Assembly: GCA_023213395.1 (NCBI GenBank)
Contig: CM041465.1
Location: 137,027,741-137,091,740 of the forward strand
Direction of reading: 5' to 3'
Length of the DNA stretch: 64,000 bases
Origin: Cycas panzhihuaensis
Lineage: Eukaryota > Plantae > Cycadophyta
A model generated the notes under the pieces. That model was given only the letters and a program-made list of their open reading frames with translations, was not told the DNA's origin and searched no databases. Shown piece after piece: positions 1-12,830 of this stretch; the stretch's first letter is position 1, and every line of letters begins with the position of its first letter. A program made the position numbers and the translations under genes.

Positions 1-850
1 AGATTATAGGGCTTCCCAAGGAAAGGGACATCCCAACATCCACTAAATGGTTAGCAGTGGACCATGAAATATGGTTTATGGGAATATTGTAAAGAAAATG
101 CACAAGTTCTCTTAGGTGGAATATGAGTGGCTGACATCAGGGAGGCAAGATTGCAGTAGTTGGTCAAAGTCATTAATACTCAGTTTTTGTCCAAAAGAAA
201 ATATACATACATTGTAGGGGGTATGATGCCAGTGTTACCTAGTATTCGTGCTGGAATACAACTCAATTGGTTAGAATTTTTAGCAGTAAACATGAATCAA
301 CAAATTGATGAGATATTAACACACCCCTTCAAACATCCTTCTTTGTTGCTGGCAGTGTTACTTCACCAATGTCTAGGGGTACAACCTCCTCAAATTCTAA
401 TTCGTCCACATGATCCATTGATTAAATAATGGGTGGATGCCTTCTCAGAGACTACTCAAGATATGGAGGTAAAAAGGAGGGTGAAAAAAGATATGACAAG
501 AATTCTTAAGTGGCTACAACAAAAACCTAGTGGTTGCATCCATCATTGCTCTAAGCAGATTGCGAAAAAGAGTACCAAGTAAAGGTGTGATGACGAAGAG
601 GGAGAAATCGAGATTGAACTATCACTAGAAGAGTGGGAGGAATTTCCCCCTACAATGGAAATAGGAGAAACATCCTCCCAGACAGAGGGAAAAGGACAAC
701 AGATTACCCATATGATTGAGGAATTATAAGTAGGGTAGAAGGCAAAGATCACTACTTTACAAGAAAAGATAAAAGAAAAAGATGCAATTATAACTGCCAT
801 GACTCAAATAAATGAAGAAATATTAAGGACAAATGAAGCTCCAATAGATC
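1..850 (+). pseudogene. Retrotransposon 3' accessory ORF, degenerate; homolog of 16527-17608
   Basis: ORF 160-429 plus downstream continuation across stops, ending in an acidic stretch and a coiled-coil-like tail. Confidence 0.8.
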
Positions 851-959
851 CAAGGTAGCAAGAGCAACCTTACTACAGTGTGGGGGAGAAGATGAATCAA
901 AATTTTGAAAATCTTTTGTGAGAAGGGATGCTTAACCCTTTTTGTTGACCCCAGATAGA

Positions 960-1765
960 TGTTGGAACAAAATTTGGCATGCATGACATTTTGGACCATG
1001 GAAAAATCAAAATGCATGCTTGTGTTAACTAGAAGAATGTAGGTATGCATCTACTGGGTATGCATGTGGGAACACATAACTAGAAGTAGTAGAAAAATCC
1101 AGAAAAAGGACTCTCGGAGAATGCATTATAGGGTGCATACTTGAATGGTACGTACACAGATAGGAATACACACGATATGCACAAAAGGAAATTTGCAGTA
1201 TATATGCCTAGATTCAGACCATACGCTCTAGATGGAATGACATCGCTTAGGGACATGTGTATGTATGGATGGAAAAGACACCAGTTAATGGATTGTAATG
1301 TATCTTGAGTGAGAAGGCACCATTTGTTAAGGAATGGAATGGTTGTGACCAGAAGGCACAACCATTCCTCCAAAAGCCATGTATTTGTATTTGATTGTAT
1401 TTGGTCTTAGCCAATGTGCAACATTGAATGTCATAGTGCATTCCAATAGGGTATGGTATGCATGAGCAGTGGAAGGAATGCATGCAGTGATATGTTCTAG
1501 ACTTACATGGGAATGTATAAACAATGATATTGCTTAATATAATTGAGTTACGTGGAATATTGTGTATTGTGCATGATAGTGATTGCATGTGGAATGTATG
1601 ATGGCTTACTAACTAGTATAATGGAATAATGTACTATTATGTTGTTGTAGTGATGATGCTAATAATTCAGTGATATAATGATGTTGACTGACCCTAACTA
1701 GATTACTAGCAGTGACCCCTTGACAAGTGCATATCTCACAAGTGTAGTGAAATAGGAAGTCAACG
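960..1765 (+). repeat. 3' LTR of the B-related element
   Basis: Starts TGTTGG after GATAGA; ends ...GTCAAC(G); terminal ~60 bp align with the element B LTR end. Confidence 0.75.
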
Positions 1766-2212
1766 GCCACAACAAAACAAAAATTACAAATTACATGATT
1801 CAAGGTGTTAAAGAAAATGTTCGACACCTTATAATATAACACAATACACACAAACTAACTATCCTAATGAACAAAGCTAAATGGTGCACCGTCACACCTG
1901 GTGGAGCATGGGATAAGCATCCACCTTACATAGGGTGAATAAGACTATGAAACAAGAAGAATTTACACTTGAGCAAAATATGAAATGAAGAAGTCTTTAC
2001 ATATATACATAATTTTAGAAGTAACTTCTATAGAAAAGATGGAAGATCAAATGGAATCAAGGTCGGGCCATTACATAAAGCTAGAGATATTGCGGTTTTC
2101 CTTTCAATATTTACTTTTAGTGCTTGTTACTAGTGTAAAACTCTAGAAGATAGTCTTGTGTATGGATATTACCTTTGTTTGAGGTGCGAATTCTCCTTGG
2201 GATTTCCACAAG

Positions 2213-2225
2213 TGGTATTAGAGCC
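2213..2225 (+). promoter_or_regulatory. Primer binding site (tRNA-iMet)
   Basis: TGGTATTAGAGCC, one mismatch to TGGTATCAGAGCC, 2 nt after the LTR end CCACA. Confidence 0.85.
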
Positions 2226-3814
2226 TTGTTATCAAAGCCTTTTTTTTCGGGAGTAGTACACTACAGATTAGTAGCCCAGTAGGAAAGGTCAGTGGTGTCC
2301 TAGCAGAAAAGGCGGCCAATTTCTTTCTATTTGATGGAGTTGAGATCTAGGAAAAGAGTTGCGCTATACAAGATGGTGAATCAACCATCAATAACAATGG
2401 AGGATGTGTCTTAAAGAACGGATGCCATGAATGATGACTTAATAAGCATAAAGAATGAGATATCAACCTGATTCAATGTCATGTCTAAAGTTGTATAGGG
2501 ATTATATAAGAAATCAAATGACCCTAAGGATGAGGCAGGGCCATCCAACAAAAAGGAGGATTTTCTTTGGGACATGGATCGGGGGAGATCAACAAAACAT
2601 ACCAAGCTAGGGGATTTAGGATACCAAATTCCTTCTAGAGAAGTTTAATCCAGAGAAATCAAAGGACATTCGTAGTTGGATAATCCAAATGGAAATATAT
2701 TTTTGGATGAACATAGGATCGATAAAAGACAAAATCCTAGCAACATCTCTTCATTTATATGGGAAGGCACTTAAATGGTTTTTTTGGTGGAATAAAGTCT
2801 ACCAAGGGACAAAACATTATAATCGGGATTGTTTAAAAGCATTTCAGATCTAACAACACGAAGACACTTGGAGCATAGATTACCTCGGCTAGCTTATGCA
2901 ATTACAATAGATTGGTTAAGTATAGGCCTGCAAGGGACAATTCCAGAACTAGAAAGCCTGATCATGAAGGAAATCAATCAAGGAACATTGAGGCTGAATC
3001 TCGGGAGGTAAGGCAAAGTTCTGTTCATCACAATGAACCCTTTAGATATTAGGGCCAAAGTTACCAACCTAATTGGAACCGCTCAGACACTAAAGTAGAG
3101 CCTCCACTTATAGAAGAGAAAGAAGGTGGACCGATAGGAAGTAAACTATCCAAGGATGAACATCTATGAAGAGGAACTTGTTTTGAATGCAAAGAAAAAT
3201 GAAATCGTGACCACAAGTGCCAACCAAAAAAGGTGTTCATGATCAACATTGAAGACATAGATATCCCAAACACAGAGATCTGAAGGAAGAGTTGTAGCTA
3301 GTCAATGAGGAAGTAGAAATCAAGGAGTTAATGAGATGGAAGCTAAAAATGGACAGATATCATTGTAGGCCATTACAAGAGAGGTCAACACACCTCAAAC
3401 ACTATGTTTCAAAGGGATGATAAAAAAATGCAAAGATATCTGTTCTAGTGGATAGTGATAGGACTCAAAACTTCATCAATAGGCCTACAACAACTAAAGT
3501 TAGTCTTCGAATAAAATAGCTCAAGCTATTTTTGGTTGCTATCGCTAACAGAAAGAGTATGTCATCTGGAGGTTATTATGATAAGATGCACTTATACATG
3601 GTAGATTATTTTACCAATACTTGCATGTTCACTATGCCAATAGGAGGAGTTGATGTAGTTCTTGGCATTCAATGACTACAAAATCTCAGTAATATTGTTA
3701 CCAACTGTAGGACCCATTTCGTGAGTTTTTTTGTTAGAAAGGGTGCAAGCATAGGTTGCAAGCATCACCCACACCATCAACTAAGTTAGTAATTTCGCTT
3801 TGGATGGAGAAGTT

Positions 3815-4690
3815 TAGAATGCAAGGGATTGAGGAGCCTAAAACTCTATGGAAAAAGGTTAACGGCTTTCTTAGACACACCTCCTTAGGGAGAGTCTGGT
3901 AGTACAAAAGCCATGTATGCAAATTTGTCCTCAAGTTGAGAGTTCTTGAAATGGAAATACAAAATAGATGGATCATGAGACATTGATATTATTAATTGAC
4001 ATCAAAATTCAATTATAGTGTATGTCAAATATATCATTATGGATCTAAAACTTTATTGAGATTTTCATCGTAAACTATGCCTTCTTTTTGTTTAAATCCT
4101 TTAGCAACCAATCAAGCCTTGTCACGCTTGATTGAACCATTAGATCAGAATTTGGTTTTATAAATCCATTTGCAACTTATTGCCTATTTTCCCTTAGGCA
4201 GTTCAACCAAATCCCAAGTACCATTCTTTTCAATAGAATGGATTTCATCATCCCACACTTTGAGGAGGGTAGATTCTATTATGAATATTAATCAAATAGG
4301 ATTTTATCACTATTTATCTATTAATCTTTAGAATATTCTACGTGCAACATTCCCTTTTATTGATTTATTCCATGAGCTTTCATTCTCTTAGGAATTGAAT
4401 ATTAGATTGATCATTGGTGGCTTTGAGCTCATGATCTTGTTGAGAAAAGGATGGATGTCTAAGCGTTTGAAAGAGTTGGTCTTGAAAACTGAAGTATTTA
4501 TAAGAATATCAGGGGTTTGAATCCCTTTCCGTCTGTGAGTATGGTTATAAGTTAACATTCTCTTTGATGTGTTTCGTACTTATTGATGTGGCTGGGATTT
4601 GTTTCAAGAAGAACAAATCAGATTGACTTGGTGGATATGATGGAATTGGTAGATATGCCATGTTTAGGTTCTCATGACCGTAATCGTGGG
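3815..4690 (-). mobile_element. Foreign insert in family D copy 1 containing a Copia RT-start fragment
   Basis: D homology to the other copies breaks after ATGGAGAAGTT (~3814) and resumes at TTCATGACATG (~4693). 4060-4260 on minus reads DEIHSIEKNGTWDLVELPKGK...CKWIYKTKF, a Copia RT start. Confidence 0.65.
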
Positions 4691-6251
4691 GGTTCATGAC
4701 ATGCTTTAAAATCTCAATTGAGACTATTCCAGAAGAGGTACAAGCCCTCATTAATCAATGCAGTAAAGTTTTTGAAGGCCCACCCCAAGGGTTACCCCTA
4801 AGTTGTGGATGCGAGCACAACACTGGAGACCGCACTAGTAAACATTTGGCCATATCGGCATCCATATCATTTCAAGTGTGAGATTGAATGAATTACTCAA
4901 AAACTCTTGCAGCAAGGGTACATTACCTCAACTCTAGCCCCTTCACAGCCCTGGTTATATTAAGTCGGAAGAAAGATGGATCATACCGTATGTGCATCGA
5001 TCACAAAGGACTCAACAAGCTCATAGCCAAGAATAGGTACCCAATTCCTAGAATAAACGACCTACTCGATGAGCTACATGGAGCTTGGTATTTTCCTAAA
5101 ATCAATAGGCACTTAAGATATTACCAATCCCACATTAAGGTAGAGGATGCATACAAGATAACTTTCCAAACCCATGTGGGGTTATTTGAATTCTGTGTCA
5201 TTTCATTTGGCTTAACCAATGCCCTAATCACGTTCCAGAGTACCATGAACAAAGTACTAAAACCCTTTTTACACAAATTTGAGTGAGTATTCTTTGATGA
5301 CATTTTGATTTACAACAAAACATGGGAGGAGCATTTAGAACATCTTAAGGCCATACTACAAGTGCTAGATAATAATTAGTTCTTTGCAAATAAGGCTAAA
5401 TGTATTTTTCGGCAAACAAATTTAGAATATTTGGGACACATTATCACATGGGAAGGTGCCAAATTGGACCTTAAGAGGGTTCGAGCAATTATAGAGTAGC
5501 CCACATCGAAGAATGTAATGGGTGTATGAAGCTTCTAAGGCACCGTTGGCTTTTTGCATAATTTCATCAAGGGATATGCCAACATTGTAGCACAATTAAC
5601 AGATCTAAGGAAGGAGGCATTCACATGGAGCGAACTTGTCAATAAAACTTTTCAAGGATTGAAAATAGAACTGGTGACAACTCGAGTACTTGGAACATCA
5701 GATTTCAGCTACCCATTCATTTGGATTGTGATCCATTGAGAGTAGAGCTAGGAGTTGTAGTTCTCCAAGATGACTGACATTTAGAATATAAAAGTCGTAA
5801 ACTGAATACAAAAGAATGATTAAAACCTATTTACGACCAGGAGATGTTAGCAATTATGCATGCTATACACCAATGGCAACAATATCTACTAAGAAGCAAA
5901 TTTGCGGTCAAGATTGATCACAATAGTCTTGAGTACATCCTGAACCAAAAAACCTTATTAGATCAATAAAAAAAATGGGTAAGTAAACTTTAGACCTTTG
6001 ATTTTAATATTATTTACAAAAAAGGAAAAGAAAATGTCATTATAGATGTATTATCACGAATTTCTAAGGATATCTCCATACAGGTAGTTTCTATAGCCAC
6101 CCTAAGTTGGATCCATGAGCTATTTCGAGACTATTGGAACAATGTAATAACCTAAAAAATACTATAGGAAATTCATACCCGAAGACAAACCAACTGTGAA
6201 CTCAAAGATGACCGACTTACACAGAAAGGAAAGATTGTTGTACTGACTACG

Positions 6252-7933
6252 TGTTGAGAATGGGGCATTAGGCCTGTGGCCTTAAGGATCTAAAAGAGAG
6301 GAAAGATTGCAATGAGAATGAAGATGATTAGCATCTATTCAAGCTAGCATAGAGATGAGTACTATAAGCAAGCATAAGCATGAGGACACAAAATATGGAG
6401 GAGGAGGAATTGATCCAACTCCAAATAAATAAGAAGCTTGTATTGATCAAGAACAACAACATAACACTATAACACTCACTCATATAAAGTACGTGAGGAA
6501 TGGTCTCAATATATAGAGACTCAAGTGCTGCATGCTTGACGAATGTCAAGCATGCAAACATGCTAGTTGCATGAGGAACAAGTGTCTCTTAAAGCTCTCT
6601 TATGAGCATAAGTGCATGAGGATACATTAACCCTCAAGTTACAACATTGTGCAACTATAAATAAAGTGGGTGTGTACTTTATCACTTAAGTGATAAGTCA
6701 CACTAACATAAAGTACATTAATAAAACATTACAAAGTATATCACTTAACATTTAAACATAAAGATTTTACAACCCCCCTTAATGTTTACAATGTTAAGTC
6801 GAACACCAAGACCATATCTAAATTTTTCAATCTTCTCTTTACAAAGTGGCTTGGTAAAGATATTTGCAATTTGCTAGTCCGTGGGCCTGAAGAAGAGGTT
6901 GATCTCATTGTTCTGAACATGCTCTCTAATAAAATGGTGATGAACCTCGATGTGCTTGGTCCGGACATGAAAACTTAGATTCTTGGTTAACTTGAGCACA
7001 CTTTGATTGTTGCAATATAGCCTGGTGGGGTGATCCTGGTCAAGTCCAAGCTCTCCAAGAATTCTTCTCACCCAAATAGCTACACAAGCTATGTTGATTG
7101 TAGCTTTGTACTCAACTTCCGTGGATGACAAGGTAGCATTTGGTTGCTTCTTGCAACTCATCGAAATGATTCTTGAACTAAGGGTGAAACAGTGTCCTAA
7201 GGTCCATCTACGACTATCTTGGCAACTTGCCCAATTAAAATCCAAGAAACCCTCCAAAATAAAGTTCTCATTATGAGTATACTGAAGATTGCATGTAATG
7301 TGCCTTTGATGTACCTCATTATATGCTTTGCTGCATTCCAATGCTTTTGATTTGGCTGAGACATATATTTGGAACAAATCCCAAATACAAATAAAATGTT
7401 CGGTCTAGTGTTGGTGAGGTAGATTAGGCTGCCCATTAGTTGCCGGTATAATGTAGGATTTGCTGGTTTTGCTTCCTCATCAAGTGATAACGTAGTGCCA
7501 TTCTTCGTAGGTGTGGCCGTTGGTTTGCAATCATCCATTTTGAAACGCTACAACTTGTCTCAAGAATACTTTGCTTGGGAAATGAAGATATGACTTGGCT
7601 GCTGCCATATCTCCATGCCTTAAAAATAATGGAGGAGTCTAAGATCAGTCATCTCAAAGCTCCTCTTAAGATCATCTTGGAGAATTTGAATCATTTTAGT
7701 GTCATTCCCTATGATCACTAAGTCATCAACATACAGCACGACAAAGACAACATGGTTCTCCCTAACTTTTATATACAAGTTAGGATTTGATGTGGATCGA
7801 TGATATCCATGTCTTAAAAAATAATCATCGATTTTAAAGTACCATGCTCTAGGGGCCTACTTTAAGCCATATAATGCCTTCTTGAGACGATAGACGAAAT
7901 GTTCTTTGCCAAGTACAATGTAACCAAATGTTC
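6252..7933 (-). mobile_element. Ty1/Copia 3' fragment (RT C-part, RNaseH, PPT, 3' LTR 6252-6771)
   Basis: LKKALYGLK, YRQLMGSLIYLTNTRP, LSSTEVEY, RTKHIEVHHHFIRE; PPT ATTAAGGGGGGT next to the LTR; LTR TG...CA termini. Confidence 0.85.
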
Positions 7934-8410
7934 TTGGTAAGGATAAAGCGCATAGTGCACCTTGGTCCTCAAACTTGCGCAATAATGCATCAAGTACCGT
8001 ATGTTCTTTGCCTTCTTTGTAGACAATCTCATAATTATAGCCCAATAACTTAGTGGCCTACTTTTATTGTTCGGGCGAGGAGACTCTTTGATCCAAGAAA
8101 TATTTGAGGTTATGATTGTCGGTCTTGATATAAAAATGCCCCAAAATGTATGACTACAAGTGGTTAACAACATGAATGATGGCTAACATTTCCTTCTCAT
8201 ACGTGGATTTTCCCAAATTCTTGTGAGCCAGTGCCTTACTAGTGAATGCCGGTGGTTGCCCTTCTTGCATCAAGACCATGCCAATTCCCACCCTAGAGAC
8301 ATCACTTTCAATGAAGAATGGTTTAGAAAAATCGGGCACAACGAGTACAAGTGTGTGCCACATGGCCTCCTTGAGAACACCAAAAGCATGCTTTTCCAGT
8401 TCTAACCATT
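7934..8410 (-). mobile_element. Gypsy element C, RNaseH segment
   Basis: PDFSKPFFIESDVSRVGIGMVLMQEGQP...STYEKEMLAII; MGYNYEIVYKEGKEH. Confidence 0.85.
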
Positions 8411-8768
8411 TGTTCAGAAACATGAAATCATACACAAATGTTCCCATACGCAGGATCTTTAACCATAGACAGCAAGCAACAAATAGAAAACACAGAAAAC
8501 AGATGCACAGTACACAGGATTTACATGGAAAACCCTTTCGGGAAAAAACCCACCACAAAGAGGATCCTTAATGGATCACTTGATTATTGCACAATGAACT
8601 TGGATATGAATATACAAGGCCTCAAGGCTTTTATACTCTCCAACAGGTGTCACTCGACTAGGGTTGTGACCCTTCGAATAAATTGCACCTTTTGGCTCGC
8701 ACCCTTTCACATAATTAAACCACATTAACATTAATTAAGTGGCTTAATAATTAAATGCCACGCTAACA
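8411..8768 (-). repeat. E1 3' LTR
   Basis: Direct repeat of 14351-14617; same family as 51310-51668 and 54072-54430. Confidence 0.95.
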
Positions 8769-8889
8769 TCCCCCCTTAATGTGAATGTGGGGAACCTGCA
8801 ATGTGCAGCAGTTGAGTTATCACAAAGGCTGGGATTATCTTGCAGCTTCTTTATCCTTGTTGATACATCCTCCCTCAAGGATAACATCG

Positions 8890-11800
8890 GTGAGTCCTAA
8901 TTCGGTACGCATCTTCATGAATTGATCTTCAGTGAGTGGCTTGGTGAACATGTTCGCAAGTTGTAATTCACTCGGACAATAGTCGACCTGCAGTTTCCCT
9001 GACTTGATCTACTCACAAATGTAATGGTGTTGAATCTCGATATACTTTGTACACGCATGAAACTCTGGATTCTTTGACAGACGAATGGTACTCTGATTAT
9101 CAACAAAGAGAATCGGATGTCTATTGGAAACGCCAAGAAATTCCAAGAGACCTTGCAACCATGCTGCTTCTTTCTCACCAGCACTGAGTCCTTGATATTC
9201 TGCTTCTGTAGAAGATAGCGCCACTGTCTGCTGCTTTTTCGACTGCCACGAAACAAATCCATTGCCAATACTAAACAGGTATCCAGCAGTGGACTCCCAA
9301 TCGTCAGAATCTCCTCCCCAATTAGCATCCGTGTAGCCATGCAACCTGATCTTCTCACCTCTGCAGTATTCAAGACCAAGATTGATTGTCCCCTTCATAT
9401 ATTTCAGAATCCGCTTTGCTGCCACCAAATGAAGCTCTTGAGGATTCTGCATGTAGCGGGAAACCAATCCAACAGCGTATGCGATATCTGGCCTGGTATG
9501 AGTCAAATAAATGAGACTCCCTACCGACTAGCGATATTTTGTGCCATCTACAGAAGGTTGGGCCATATCCTTCTGCAATCTTGCACCTTTTACACATGGT
9601 GTTGCAACAGGTTTGCAGTGTTGCATCCCAAATCTTTCCAGTAAGTTCTTCACATACTGCGATTGCAACAACACGATCCTATCTTCCATCTGCCTGATCT
9701 GAATGCCTAAGAAATAGTGAAGTTTCCCAAGATCCGTCATGTCAAATGAAGCTTCCAAATTGGATTTGATTTCGGTTATAGCCTTGCCATGATTACCGCC
9801 GATGATTAGATCATCCACATACACCATGCAAGCAACTACAGAAGTCCCTCTTCTTTTCACATGTAGGTTCGGGTCGAGTTCTGAAATTTCAAAACCTTCA
9901 ACTTTCAACTTGGCATCCATCTTCTCATACCAGGCACGAGGTGCTTGTTTTAGGCCATAGATTGACTTTTTCAGATGGCAAACAAGATGCTCCTGTCCAT
10001 CCTTAATGAATCCCAGAGGCTGCGACATGTATATCTCCTTCTTTAGATCCCCATTAAGGAATGCAGATTTAACGCCCATCTGGTGTAACTCCCAATCTAA
10101 TGCAGCTGCTAAGAAAATGAGTAAGCAGACCGATGTCATTCTGGAGACTGGTGCATACGTCTCCTCGTAGTCAATTCCTTCTTTTTGCTTGAATCCCTGC
10201 GCAATAAGTCTGCCTTGTACTTGTCCACCTCTCCATCGAAGCGGAACTTTGTCTTATAGACCCACTTGCATCCTACAAGGTTCTTTGACAGAGGTAGTGG
10301 AACCAAATCCCACGTATCGTTCTTCATCAAAGAACGATATTCTTCGTCCATTGTAGCTCTCCATCTTGGATCTCCTTTCGCTCCAACAAACAAATTAGGA
10401 TCACTGGAGTCATTGGTGTCTACCAGCAAAGTTCGACTGGCATGCTGACTTCTGGTTCGTCAGTCATCAATTAGGGTTTGCATCGCCACACCAGAATCTT
10501 CAAGAGTTTTCCTTGCCCATAAAGGTATAGAAGGACTCGTTGTTGGAGGTACTTCTTGTTGTGGCGGCTCCTTACTGTTACTCGTCCCACTCGATCCTGC
10601 TTCCTCAGGTGCTATAGCGATTGGCTCATTGTCCTCTTTGCTTGAAGAATCTGGAAATGGGAGAAGGGGAGGGTAGAAAGGTTCCTCTGATGCCTTTTCA
10701 GCATGATACGTTGATGACTCGTCAAATTTAACATCTTGACTAACCATAATCTTCTCCCCCTGTGAATCCCATAGTCTGTAGGCTTTGTTCTCCGTGCAAT
10801 ACCCCATGAATATGCACTTAAGACTTTTTCGATCCAACTTCTTTCGGGTATCATCTGGGATGTGGGCATATGCAATACACCCAAACGTTCTCAAATGGCT
10901 AATGGTAGGCTTCCGACTGGTCCATTTCTCTTCGGGGGTCATGCTGCAAATTGCCTAAGTGGGTACCCTGTTCAAATTATAAGCTGATCGCCACAACCAC
11001 GCCCAAAACTTCGGTGGCAGGTTTTTAGCATGCACCATACACCTCGCCATCTCCATCATGGTACAGTTCTTTCTTTCAGCAACTCCATTCAGTTGTGGGG
11101 TATACGGGACTGTGAACTCCCGCTTTATACCATGGTTGCGACAGAACTGATTGAACGCACGATTGTTGTACTCCTTGCCATTATCACTTCGTAAAGTTTT
11201 TATTTTCTTATCACTTTCATTTTCAACCATCGCTTTCCAATCACGGAAGCAATCAAATACGTTTGACTTGTTCTTGAGAAAATAAACTCAGGCTTTCCTA
11301 GTGTAATCATCCACAAATGCAAGTATATATTGGGCTCCTGATATTGAAGGGTTTGGGAGTGGTACCATAATATCTGAGTGCACAAGCTCCAACTTCTCCT
11401 TGGCTCTCCAGGCATTATCTCGAGCAAAAGGATAGCAGTGATGCTTGCCATACATGCACCCTTCGCATACACCGTCTGAGCTGGAAACCGATGACAGTCC
11501 TTCCACCATCTTCAACCTCTTTAGTAGTGAAATACTCCTGTAATTAAGATGCCCAAGGTGATTGTGCCACAGTTTACTTTCATCATCCGCACTGGCAACA
11601 AAGGCATAGGACTTCTTCTGAGACTGAAATTTTTCAAACACCCAGAAGTTGTCCCTAACTTTCCTGGTAGCTATGACATCAAAGTTCTGTTTTGGGTCCT
11701 TTATCAAGCACTTATCATTATAGAGCTCCACTTTCATACCTTGTTTGCAGATCTCTCGAGCAGACAGAAGGTTCAACTGCATCTTGGGTACATAATATAC

Positions 11801-12830
11801 CCCGGAAAACTTGTCTCCTGCAATGGAAACTTCACCGATACCATCTACCGGCAACACACGAGCATCTCCAAGAACAATCTCAGCACCACTTTGATTTGCA
11901 TTCAACGTATCAAAGTTCCGCCTTTGGTAAGAGATGTGCTTCTACGCTCCAGAATCCAACACCCAATAGTCTCTCCGATCTGACTCGGCTGACAAGGTAT
12001 GTGCTTGGACACAATGAGCAGCAACACTCTTTCCTTTATCATCTTGGTTACCTTTGCGCTTGTCACAACGTTTGAACCAACAGTTCTTTTCGCGGTGACC
12101 ATCCTTCTTGCAGTAATTGCACTTTTCATTAAACTTCTTCTTGTCTTGAGAGCTTTCTCCAGATCTTTGTGTGATTTTCTCCTCCTTAGGGGCCTCCTTC
12201 CTCTGAGTTTTCATGGCTAAGGCTTGACTTGAACCATAACCTCCAAGCAATCCATGATGTTTTAGCTTGGCATCCTCTGCTAGAATTAGGTTTTTGAACC
12301 CATCAAAAGTTTCTGCCTCCATCACTTCGTCTCTACCGTAAATGGTCTGGAATGTGGCGAACACAATTGGCAACTTCGACATGATTATCACAAACAAGAG
12401 CGCATCATCGATCGAGTTCTGCTTTAACTCTTCTAGCTTGTTCTTCAAGTCAGTTGTTTTATTTAGGTAGGAGCTAATATTGTTCTCATCTTCAATTTTT
12501 GAATTGAGTAGTTCCAACATCAGAGAAAGACACCTATTCGTCTTCTTCTTCTCAAAAGTATCACATAACTTTGTCCAAAATCTCGGCTGGGTCATCCAGA
12601 TTGTGAACTAGAGCCCTCTGGTCCAGTGCCAGTGAGAGTTTCAGTAATCCAACGGCCATATATTGCTTCTCTTCAAGTTTGATACGCTCCTTATGGTCAA
12701 GTGGGACTGAAACAAGCTTCGCCTTGGTGATTCCCCAGAGTTGGTTCACCATCAATATAAGCTCCATATTAGCCTTCCATTCGGTGAAATTGTTACCGTT
12801 AAAGATAACCTTAGGCATAAGCTTCTCCAT
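8890..12830 (-). pseudogene. Copia gag-pol polyprotein, frameshifted
   Basis: Gag with CNYCKKDGHREKNC knuckle; PR WVLDSGA; GAG-pre-integrase LWHNHLGH; INT LRSDNGKEY/TPQLNGVAER; RT YVDDL; RH ALSSTEAEY. Confidence 0.95.

Larger units (their letters stand above)
1..1765 (+). mobile_element. 3' end of a Ty3/Gypsy element related to element B (accessory ORF remnant + 3' LTR)
   Basis: Translation of 160-830 aligns with the 3' accessory ORF at 16527-17608 (VINxxFLSKRKYTY, LNWxEFLAxNM, HPFxHPSLL, EEWExFPP, LQxKIKEKDAII). Same pre-LTR motif GTTGACCCxxGATAGA|TGTTGG, and LTR end CCTTGACAAGTGCAT...GTCAAC. Confidence 0.85.
2085..6251 (+). mobile_element. Decayed Ty3/Gypsy element, family D copy 1: LTR 3' part, PBS, gag-PR-RT-RNaseH; cut off at 6251
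   Basis: PBS TGGTATTAGAGCC at 2213-2225; gag from ~2334 (MELRSRK, as in copy 2); RT motifs RKKDGSYRMCID and NRYPIPRINDLLDELHGA (4888-5286); RNaseH remnants 5700-6100. Left boundary approximate. Confidence 0.85.

Noticed and set aside
8154-8558. Hydrophobic N-terminus fused to RNaseH (MWWVFSRKGFP...)
   Set aside because: Chance read-through from the E1 LTR into the interrupted Gypsy C frame.
9339-9644. Antisense ORFs repeated in E1 and E3 (also 55002-55307), and other short antisense ORFs
   Set aside because: Shadows of conserved pol codons in closely related copies; no independent evidence of coding.
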